NCBI GenBank assembly: GCA_039621445.1
Contig: CP154954.1
Coordinates: 7,017,425-7,081,424, forward strand
Direction: 5' to 3'
Source of the DNA: Euglena gracilis
Taxonomy: Eukaryota
Length of the DNA: 64,000 bases
Numbering within the stretch: the first letter of the stretch is position 1; each line of letters opens with the position of its first letter. A program made the position numbers and the translations under genes. Shown here piece by piece: positions 47,586-59,200 of the stretch. The notes beneath the pieces were generated by a model. That model made no database searches. It was not told the origin of the DNA and saw only the letters and a list, made by a program, of their open reading frames with translations.

Positions 47586-50500
47586 ATGCTGGAGATGTCC
47601 CCCCGCCAGGGCTCGCTCCGCGCCCAGAGCGACCAGCAGCGGATGCACCAGGCCCAGGCCGCTGCCCGGCGGTGGGCTCTTGCCTGAGGCTGTTGGCCCA
47701 GGGCCAGGCTTCTTTTGAAGTCAGAAGACCCCGGGGGGGGGGGAGGGTGGGTGGGTCCGGGGCCGGACAGCCAGGAGGGGGTCCCGGGCCGGAAGCCTGG
47801 GAATGGGTCTGTCGCGCAGCGCGGAAAATTTTTCGGAAATGCCCTCAGACGGCTCGATGTTTTGCGGTCCCCCCCGGGGGGGTCCTGCGCCGGGCAGGGT
47901 GGTTGGGGGATCCCCCCTCCCCCCCGGGGTCTTAAAAGGATGCCTGCCCAGGGGGACCAGGGGAGATGGGTTCCAGCCAGGGGTTTTCTTAAGCTGGAGG
48001 GGACACTGCACCCAGCTAGCACCCCTTTTCAAGCCAGTCCCAGCTGAGCTGCACTCCTCCAGCTGGCACGAAATTCTTTTCCCTGACGAACTCGGCATTT
48101 TTTCCTCCCCCCCTCCCCCGGGAAACTGTCCTCTAATCCCCCGCACCCGCTAATCTGCCCTCATAGAAATGTCTCCTCGCATTGCACCCGCTAACCCGTC
48201 CTCATAAAAATGTCTCCCAGCCTTGTACCTGCTGACCTGTCAACTAGCAAATTTTTGCAAATGTTCACACGTTTTAGTTGAAAAGGCAACCGTTTTCCAA
48301 GTTGAAAAATTTGCCAACCTTGGTTTCAAGATTGTGATTACAAATTTGTGGGGAAAACCCCACATTTTGGATTTTTGTGTAAAAAATTGTCATTTTTTTG
48401 CGGGACCCGCCCGGGAAACTGTCTCCTGTCTCCGTACCCACTGACCTGTCTTTATGGGACCTGCCTCCTACCTCTATGCCTGCTGACTTGTCTAGAGACA
48501 GTTTCCCAGGAGGGGTAGGTACTCGGCCCCCCCAGGCAATTGACGCCCCCGGGCAATTGACGCCCCCGGGCAATTGTCACTCCTGGCTGTGCCGGCCAAT
48601 TTGTCACCCTGGGAAATTGTCACCCCCTTCCGTGCTGCCCAGTCTGTCACCCCCCCCCCCGTTTGCAGTATTGCACTGTGAACTTTCTTTTCGCCGACAT
48701 GACTCGATTGATCTTCTATTTCGCTACAACGTGCTGAGAACTTTCGCATACCAAACGCTCTGCACATTATCACGACCATAGCTGCATTTTTCCTGCGTTC
48801 ACTTGTGTTTAAGATGGTGTTCTTGGTCATTTGGTTTAAATGTGGCTTACATGGGTGGGCAATTGACGCCCCCGGGCAATTGACGCCCCCGGGCAATTGT
48901 CACCCCCCTCTGTGCCGGCCAATTTGTCACCCTGGGAAATTGTCACACCCCTCCGTGCTGCCCAATTTGTCACGCAACAATTGCCCAAGGGGGGGGGGCG
49001 AGTATGATGAGAAACGATTTGGAATTGGCGAGGCTTGTGCCCCTCTCCATGCCCAATGGAAAAAATGCCCAATGAACAGAACCCAAATTTTGCCATTTAC
49101 ACAGTTACCATATACCTGTCATAACCCCCCCCCCCAAATATAACCCCCCCCCCCCGGTTTTATGTTTGGGCGGAAATTTGACGACCCCGAGGGGGGTTTA
49201 TATTTGGGGGGGGTTTACATTCGGTCGGAAAAATCAGCTTCCCGGCAGGCTCCAGTAGTCACTTTTTCGGTCCAAAATCACAAATACGCCCACCCTTGGG
49301 GGTCCAAAAACTTCATTTTTCGGGCGAAGGATCAATTTTCACATGTTTTTGGTAAAAATTGTTCCCAAATCTGCAAAAAATCACAATTTCGGGAGAGATT
49401 TTGTCGAAAAAATTTCCTTCCGGCGCTTTGCGCCGGAGGGGGGGGGGTTTACATTCGGGCGGGATTTCAGGGTCCTCAGGGGGGGGGTTATATTTGGGGG
49501 GGTTTTGTATTTGGGGGGGGGGTTTGTATTTGGGGGGGGTTTACAAGATTAGCGAACTCCCATGTCCAATGATCGTCCCCGTCCACACCATCTGGGTTGT
49601 CACCTTCAGGGCCTCACCCCACCTTACCCCACCACAGACCCACCGGGGGGTCATGCATTGGCGGGCTTTCACAAAACACAGTGGGTGGATGGTTTTTGGG
49701 ATTTGGGCCCGGAGAAGTGCTCGCCCCCTCCGGGAGACCTGTGATCAGAATTGCAATGCGGAGAAACCTTCCCCACAGGCCTCTCCTGCGGCAGCCGTCT
49801 GCCTGGGAGGGCATCTTCTGGGCGGTCAAGGAGGGGCTGCGGGACCGGGTGCGCCAGTTGGTGGCCGAGGACCCCGCCGTGCTGACCCAGCCCAGCCAGG
49901 CACTGCTGGCTGGTGGGGAGGGGTCCGGTGCCTGTTTGGGTCGCTTTTCTTTGGAACCTTGTGGCTGGCCGAGTGTTTTATGCATTGTGTGGCGTATTTT
50001 TTTTGAAGAATATTGGCGGGAGAAAGGCAGGTGCAGACATCTGTGTCTCCCGTCTGGTGGTGTTGACTGGCGGTAGACTGTCGGTTTGGCCGGCGCTATA
50101 TCTGTGGATGCCAGGAATATCGCCGTTTTTAAGACTGCGGATTTCATAATGTTTCTGTATTGGCTTCCATGTCAAAATAGTGCAAATGGGAACTCCTCTT
50201 GCGGAATTTAGGGCAACTGGGCTGGGACGTTCTTGCCAGAACCGCATGCAGGCTGACGCAGTGGGGGCCAGCCCGATCCACGTCGCGTTCCTGTACTGGC
50301 AGACAGAGATTGGCAAAGCCCTCGTGGAAGAGTTTCCGAAGCTGGCACTCAGGAAGATCCGCACAGTGCAACGAGAAGAACTAAATACGCCCCTTGCCAT
50401 TTCAAGCATTGCCTTCCCATATCCAACCAAGGTGGCTCCATTATTTAAAGAGAATTGTTTGTTTTTGGGTGAAGCCGCAGGATTATGAGACAACTGCATG

Positions 50501-53181
50501 GGGGAGATGACGTTTTTTTTTTTGAGTTGATCCCCTGCTTTTAAATGGAAAGTGTGATGCCGTCTTCACTGCATCATCAATGTCAATGCTTTGTATCTTG
50601 AAAAAAAAATACTCCTGACAAACCGCACGTCAAATGCAGGTTTGTGTTGCTTTACAAGGGAGGCATACCTTTTCCTCCAATTAAAAAGAAACCTGCCTCA
50701 TCACATACATTCAAAGCTATTTTCCACACCTCAGTAACGGTATTATTAACGGGTGTTCAAAAAAAGGGTTGTGCAATACCTGCCACAAATGTGAGAACAA
50801 TACGTGCCAGTAAACCCAACCGTTCAATGAGACCCCCCCCCCCCAAGGTTTCCCTGCTCCCGACGTCGGTGTACGGGGAGGGGGAGTACAGCGGGGAGAG
50901 TGTCCTGCACATCGCCATCATCCACCAGGACGCGGAGCTGGTGCAGTGGCTGCTGGACCGACACCCGGAGCTGCTCAACGCGGAGACCACCGGCTCGTTC
51001 TTCGCCCCAAGCGGGGACGTGTACTTTGGGGACCCAGGGAGTGTCTCGGGTGTTTGTTTTCTGACGAAAACAGAGCAGGGTCCAAAAAATTTATTCCACG
51101 TGACTTTAAATTTTTCAGGAAAGTCCATGCGACGTCCCAGAAGTTGTCAATGGTGCACAATTACGAAACCCTATGGGTGGTGGGTGGGGGATCGACCCCC
51201 ATCCACCTCCGGCGTGGGGGCTTCAACTCTCCCCCCCCCAACCTGGCCATCCAGTGCTTCCGGTGGCGCAGAATTTTTCCTCAGGTGTCAGAATCTTGTC
51301 TTGCAAATTACCATTGTTGGTGTGGTCGACCCTCTTAGCAAGCTTTCCCAGCTTCCCCGCCCATGAATTTTTTAGCCGGAGTTCGCCATGCCCTGCGAGC
51401 CGGCTTCCGCTGCTGTTCGCAGTGTCCAGCAATCAGGTCGACATCTTGCGGTGCATCCTTGCCACCCGCATCGCGGATGATCCACGCGATGACCTGAAGA
51501 ACCAAAACAGAGAAACCAAAATGGATTTCCCCAGGCACGATGTCAACCATTTCCCCCAGGCACGATGTCACAGGTTCTGTGGGCTCTGGATTGGGACGTT
51601 CTTTCAAAATGATAAGAATTGGAACAAAATTGTTTTGAATGGTTTTTTTTTTGGAACCTTGGGAATCTTTTCCTCCAGAATCATTTTCTCCGAAGCCCAA
51701 ATGCTTCAGGTTTTCCTCCAGGAAGGAACACCGGAACCTCTGCGCGGTTCCGGAATCCCATTTTCCCATTTCTTGCGAAAAGTGGTCCCCCCTTTGCATT
51801 GACAAGGGCCCGACATCCCCAAGAACTTTCCCAATCGAAGCACCTCCCTCCCTCCTCCCTCCAGAGAATCATGTTGTCCCCTGCCCGGCCGGGATGTCTG
51901 GCCTTTCATTGCTGCCCCCCCCCCCAACCATTCCAGTCCTATGTCCCTCTGATGCCGATCACTGTGGCGGACCGCTTTGGCAACTCAGCCCTCCACATGG
52001 CGGTCATCCAAAGCCAGGGGCTTCCTCCCCCGGGCACCACGTCGGGGTGGTTGGCGGTGTCCTCTTTTTCCCGGTTCTTTTCATTCCGGGGGTCTGATAC
52101 CTTGAAAGTTTTTTGACCCGGGTCTCCCCCCTCAGATACCCCGAAAAAAGCTTGCTAAAAATACCATTGGCAGTCTGGTTTTCCTCCAACTACAGCATTA
52201 TTAATAATGTATTCTGTGGCTCCGGTTATTGCAAGCACTGGCGGAGTTATTGGAAGTTATTGGGCGCGTTATTCTGGTGTCTGTTGTGCAAGGGCGTCGG
52301 AGGTACGCCCTGCGGCCGACCTGCCGGACATGTATGCCCAACTGTCTCTGGTGGCCGTGCCCCACGCTGTGGAACGTCGTGTTGCACTCCTGTGCAGATG
52401 CTGCGTATTTTTGGGCCTGGAGGGATGTTTATCAAGGAGGAATCCCCTTACAAGGGGACTGTCCTCTATTTTTGGTGGCAAGCACCCAAAAAAAAGACCC
52501 CCAAAGTGGGTCCCACAAGCCCTCCCCCCCTTGGTGGGCCAGGGGTGTGTTTTAGGTGGGTAACGTCCCAAATATAACCCCCCAGGGTATTTTTTTTTGC
52601 CTGATGTCCAGGGTGGGTATATTTGGGGGGGGGTTCCAGCTTAGATCTTGAAGCCGGACTCTAGGGGGGTTGCATTTGCGGGTGCGTCTTAAAATAAAAC
52701 ATCTCTTTGCGGGTAATATGTGTGGCCTTGTGGCGGTTGGCGGTGTGTTGTTCGTGCACTGCTGTGCTGTACGATCCTTCGTTTGTTGAGTTCTTTTTGT
52801 TTGTGTCCCGTGCGGAGGCAGTTGCCCCCCGACCTGGTGGTGGAGGAGATGCTCCGCGACGGCTTGTCGGCGGCGGAAGTCCGGCGGCTGCTCAACGCGG
52901 AGGGGCTGACCCCCCTCGCCCTCGCTGCCGCCATGGGGCAGGACCGCATGTTCCGCCCGGCCGGCAGAGGTTTACTCCTGCCGCCTGTCTCCTCCCACCC
53001 TGAACGTCATTTTTTCCCTCCAGCGCTTCGTGCCAGTAAGCCTTTTCCGGCATTTCCGAACTTTGCCCCGTATTTAATTTTTATTTTATAATTTTCATAT
53101 TATTTTATTTATATAATTATAATATATTAAAAAATATACGTATTATTGTATGTGTATATGTTATATATATATATGTATACG

Positions 53182-53212
<31 letters not shown>

Positions 53213-56200
53213 GTATATGTATATATTGTATATACATATATTATATATTATTATATTTTATAATTTTAATTTTTTTGCATTCTTTTTGTCTGTTAGTTTA
53301 TCAAAGTGGGTCATCTTGACCATTACAATGTTGAGGGGGGAGGGGCTTAGACGGCCAACCTCGCATTTAAGTGTTTTTTTTTGGTGTGCGCAAATGCCCG
53401 CATGTTGGGGGTTTTGACTGTTGCACCAGTGTCACAAGAGCGATGGGCGAAATGTGGCTGAAATGCACTTTTTGGCCCTGGCAGCGGGGATGTGTCCCGC
53501 CAAATTGTGTTGCATTGCGACCAGAGAGGTGATCACACAACTGGGGAACGATTCATTACACCCATGGTTTGAACAAAGAAGGTCGATGTGCGCACTTTCG
53601 CGCATCACCTACTCCAGGGTTCCCCCGAACAACGGCCAATGAATACCCCAGAATTCACACTGCTGAAAATGGTGTGCCAAATGGAACCTTCGTGTTACAC
53701 AAATTTATGAAGTGGGTGTGAGTTTGCGTATTTGCGCACATCGACCACCTATGTAATTGTGTGAATGGTTGGTCTGCGCATTCGCACAAATCGACATGTG
53801 TTTCATCTGGAATGTTTATATCGTGGTCAGTGTGCGCAAATGCGCATGTCGTCGTGGTGTGCGCATTTTGCACTCCGACGACGTGCATCTTTACGCACGT
53901 GTTTGGTGTGTGCAAGTGTGCACACCGACCACGTGCAAATTTGCGCAAATCGGCTTTTTATTCCAATGTGTTATTTGACACAAGTTTTTTTTTTCAATTT
54001 ATGTCTGTTTTCAGATTGAGACTACCCCCCCCCCCCTATGTCCAACGACCCCCCTATGTCCAATGACCACCCCCCCGGTCAGAGGACACCTTTTCGGAGG
54101 TTTGACCAAATTTTTGGTCCCGGCGTGAAGCGCCGGGGACGAAAAATTTTGCCCAAAAATTGGCCCAAAAATTTGGCCAAGATGCCATTTTTGACACTTT
54201 TTGGACAAAAATTTGTCAAAATTGCCCCAAAATTTTCGGCGTAAAGCGCCGGAAGGAAAATGTTGGGAATTTTGGGGTGGGTAGGGACCCGGGTACCACA
54301 CCAACTTTCTTTTGACCCCCATGTCCAACGACCACCCCCCCGGTCAGAGGCACTTTTTTTGGTCACTACCCTCTGTCCAACGACCACCCCCCCGGTCAGA
54401 GGACAGATGTTACCGGTCATTGGACATAGGGGGGGGGGGGGTACGTCGTTGGAAGCCCTCCCATTTATTGTTTTTTAAAAGGCTCAGGCGAGCGAGGTTC
54501 ATATGCTGTGATACTTGATCGCATTCCTTTGCACAAATGTGTACATGAGGTAGGTTTGTGTGCAAATGCGAACACATTGATGGTGTGCGCATTTTCGCAT
54601 TTGCGCAAACCGACCTCATCTTCTGTCCCCGATAAACCCTGGTCATGAAAAGAGACAGTGTTCTGGGAAGTTCTGTCATGCCATAATGATTGAACTCCAA
54701 TTCCATCGTCCAAGGTGGTGGCATCACTCGGTATCAAACCAGGATGCAACACCCAGCAAGTACAGGTAGCACGTACACGCCAATACCCATATGCGCAACA
54801 GCATAATTACTTAGAAACCTTCGTGTTTCCTAACTCGCATCGCGAGGTGTGCAAGTAACAAAATTTTGTGTTCCCTGGTGCAATCGGCGGGTTCAGGGGT
54901 TTTTGTGACAAAAAAAATTGCGCATTTGTCCGCATCAACAAAGAAAATAGCTTAAGCGCGAGTTTTGCTTAAGCGCGAGTTTTGCCGCCTAAGAGGGGGT
55001 GGTCACCCCTTCTTTCTCCCTCCTTGACCACTGGTGGGGTGGGGACCATCCAGTCCTCACCCCATCCCGTGTTATTGTTGCGTCGCTGTCGCTCCTCACC
55101 CACTCACTCTGATAGCTTTACGGCAATTGCGGGGGCTCTGCAGTAACTTTCCACGTTGCCCACAAACCGGCACTTTAAATGCTTCCCTGGCTGAGCGTCA
55201 TAATTTGCCTCCGCCGGCCGTCTTCAGCACATCCTTGCAAAGTCCTCCGTTATTGCATGGGACTACGGTCCTGCACAGGCGCTGCTGGACCCAAGTTAGA
55301 CATCCCCAATCGATTTTAAGAGCTCATATTTCCCTCCTTCCAGTGGCCATTTTCTTCGTTTCCATTTCCATTTCCATTTTCATTTTTTTTTTGGTTTATT
55401 TAGCTTCCAAAATATGAATGTGCTTCCCCAGAATTGCTTTTTTTACAGGTTCTTTGTGTTGTTAAAGCGCTTTCATCACTTGTTGTGAAAACAGTTGTAT
55501 TCTTTGTACACCTACAATTGGGGTATTTTCGAACCTGGATTGCTGTTTGGGAACCCAGCAAATCGAAGGAACGTGTTGTCTGAAGAGTCCAAACACGCTC
55601 TCATCTTTTGACTCCTTTTTTTAAGCTTCAAAATGGCCACCACCTTTGAATTGCCGGTGAGTCCACCTGTTCTACGTTATTATTATTGTATGTTTATTAT
55701 TTTGTGTATTTCTATGCATACGTTGTATGATATTTATTATTTATGTTATTTTTTTTCCTTCGAATTTGTAGTTGTCCAAATTCCTTCTTGTTTTACAGGA
55801 TGAATGTTTGCCGAATCTGGCACATGGCCGAAGAATTGGGGTTTGGCACACGTCAGGGTGCCTCCCCCAACCCACGCCTGACCCCATCACCTGCAAGCTG
55901 TTCCCCCTCGGCGGCCTGGAACAGCCGTTCCTCCACCCGGAGTCGCAGGACCCCATCCGCACTGCGATCGGCTGCCTGTGTGCCGGGGCCCAAAGCCCTG
56001 TCCAGGCGGGGTATGCCCCGGGGGCTGGGGTGTGGTGTGGTGTGGCTGCCGCTGTTCTAATTCAGCGAACCTCCCCGCCCCCGCCTGCCCCGTCACGCAG
56101 TGCCTCAAAATGGTGGACAGCCGCATCCCCCGCCCCGTGCAGCAAGCGCCGTGGCCCTGGCTGGGATCCTGCCGCCGTCTTCCGGAAAGCAGATTGATGG

Positions 56201-59200
56201 GAATGCCGATCAGGATAGTTGCAGGCGGTCGGGGAAGGGGTGATCTGGCAGATGACTGGAGGGTACCAAAGGATTCCCGCGGTGCCTGCCTCGGGTTTTT
56301 CTCCACTGGTATTTTCGGCGGTTCAAGGCCTTGCCAGCCAACCCCCCCCCCAAAGTGAATGAAATGTTATCCAGCAATTTGTTCGAGATGGTGGGAGAGG
56401 TGCGACGCGGCATTTTATCTGAATATAAAAACCTGATCCCAACCAGGCTTGTGACGACTGAGAGGGGAAGAAGCTTGTGGCTGGCTAAAAACGGCCAACA
56501 ATGGATGAATTCGGGCAAATGTGAACTAAAGTGGCCAAAAGTGGCCAAGAGCGGGCGAAAGTGGGCAAAAGTGGGCAAAAGTGGGCAAATGGTCAAAAGT
56601 GAACATAATTGGACAAAAGTGTATGGAGTGGATGCAGGTGAGGTTGTGGACGGAGTGGATGCAGTTTTTCAGGGAATGCAGGTATTGGAGGTACACCACT
56701 AAAGGACTTCAAAGGCGATGCTGTGCGATGCTGAAAGATGCCGGGCGATGCTGGGCCCAAGGGCATGGTTGACCAAAGCTGCTCGATCGCCAGGAACCTG
56801 CCGACAGTACAGTATGTGCTTGGCCCGCTGCACGCCATCCTCCTGGTGTCTCTCATGCAGTCCGATTGCGTCGGAGATGCCTAATTTTCAACGCCCAGTC
56901 AAACCACGATGAGGGCCACCCGGGGCCACGCGCCGCGGCTGGACCTCATCGTCAGCGCGGAGGTGCGGCAGGTGCTGGACAAGAAGTGGGACGCGTTCGG
57001 GCAGCGGATGTTCTACCGGAAGCTGGCGGTGGCCCTCGGCACCGTGCTGGCCTGGACCGCCACAAACATTTTGCCCGCCCAAGAATAGCCCACAATTCTT
57101 GGGGGGTTCGCTCACTCAGGGGCTTTAGGCGTGCCATTCCTGACGTTTGTCAGTTTAACTTGAGTGTTCTGTTTATTTTTTCATTGTGTCAGTGTTGTTG
57201 TTTTTTATGCAACAAACAGACATCTAACCCCCGAATACGTCTTACAATTTTGCACGAGGGTGGCATTGGTTGTTATCTCAAATATGTATCCTGGAGGATG
57301 GGACATTTTCACCATTTCGTCCCATTCATGAAGTCGCCCACCAAGAGGGCTGCTCTGTCCCCCAACCACTACGGCTGTGTGGGCTACTGGGAGGCGGAGC
57401 ACCCAGTCCAGGCCATTGCTTAAGGATTTGAAGTACCCCCCTGGGGGGTGGCTCGATTGCAGCTGGTTCAAATTTGGCTGAAATCCCAGTGGACCCCTCC
57501 CCCCCAGGGCGGGGATCCGCTCAGCCAGCTGGTGGAATTTTTTTTCTGGACCCCAAAACTTGCCAGAAATGCCCATTTTTGGGGGTTTTTTTTTGAACAA
57601 GATCACCCGGAAAAAAATAAACTGAAAACCATTTCCACCTCGGCGCGCAACACCAGAAGAATTTTTTTTTTCAGTAGGGGAACCCCCCCCCCCCCGGGTG
57701 TGGTCTACCTGCTTTTTCCGGTGTCCAGCAAAATGGCTGCAGACCCCGGGGGGGGGGGGGCTGCTTTAGCAATGGCCTGACCCGATCGCCCACGCCGCCA
57801 TCCAGGCGCTGGAGGTGCTGGTGCTGCTGTCCACCGGCTGGCGCGGCATCGGGACAATGTGGAAGGCCTGCCTGCCTTCGAACCGCAGCGTTGGCCAGGA
57901 ATGGGATGGGATGGTGGCGTGCGGGGGTGCCCCGACCCTTGGCCAATTGGGAGAATTTTTGCTTTTTTTTAGGATTGCATTTTTTTTCCTTCTAAAGTAG
58001 TTGTTTTCGTTAATTGTTCTGGATGACCACCAAACAGGTTGAAAATGCCAAAACTGGCATAAAAAAGGCCAACAGTCCCCAAAATTGCCAAGGGTGTGTC
58101 CAAAAGCCACAAACAATTGGCTTCAAATAGCCAAAAATGTTCATATAAACCCATACATGGCCATTTTTTCCACCTGAACTGCCCCCTGCCCCCCCCCCCC
58201 CCGTCTTACGACCCTTTGGTCAGAGACAAATATTAGTGGTCATTGGGCGACGGGGGGGGGGGGGTGATAAAAAGAACCAGACTGATTTTTTTATGGTTAA
58301 TTTGACCGACATTCTTTTCAGTCTTTGGGTGGGATGTCCTGCAAATGCACTCGACAATTATTCACAAAACCCTTCAATTTTTTTTTGGATCTGCCCCTGC
58401 ATTTTTTTCTATTACTATCTCCATTGTCATCAGGTGTGTCCTCTGTGCTGTGTCCATTTAAAGTTAGGTCAAGGTTAGGATTAGGGTTATGGTCAGGGTT
58501 ACCTCAATCTTTTGATGGTTTCTTCTGCGGTGCTTGCGACTGAAAACCCAGCCGCCCCAACCCCTTCCTGCGCTCGAGATTCACGGCGCTGCTTTGTTCG
58601 AGGTGACCCTTGGCAATGTGTTCTGTGGGCTCTACCTCATGTCGCTCGTCTTCCACCCAGGGCAACGTGCTGGGATTTTCCCCCATTCCCGACTTATTTG
58701 AATATTTTCTTTTTGGAGAGTTTTGTGTACTTTTGTGTAGTTTTGTTTGTTTGTTGGTGTATTTTTGTGTAGTTTTGTGCTCAGGCTGACATACCCGTTC
58801 GCTTGGGAAGATGCTTATCCCAAGAAATGTTCATGCCAGAAGGACTGTCAGGCCCAGCCATGTGCTCATTCAAACCTTGTGTGACCCTCCCGGGAAGAAT
58901 TGGTGGGGGTCTTTCTGACAGTCTTTTTGCCGGCTGGGTTTGGCCCGGTGTGCCCCTGGTGGGGTTGAGGTGCGTTTGGCCCATCCGGTGGCCAATTTAA
59001 TCAAAACTATTTTTCAACGGCTTTTGGGATTTTCTTGGTTCTTAGACTGAGCCCCCTGTTCCAGGGGGCTTTTATTGAACCTGCAGCTTCCCTAGAACAC
59101 AACTCAAAGGGTAAAGAAACGTTTGTATTTCCCCGGTCCCAGGCACCGCAGGTATTGTCTGGGTTTCTGACCCGTCAGGTCACAAGCAGTCATGCCTCCC

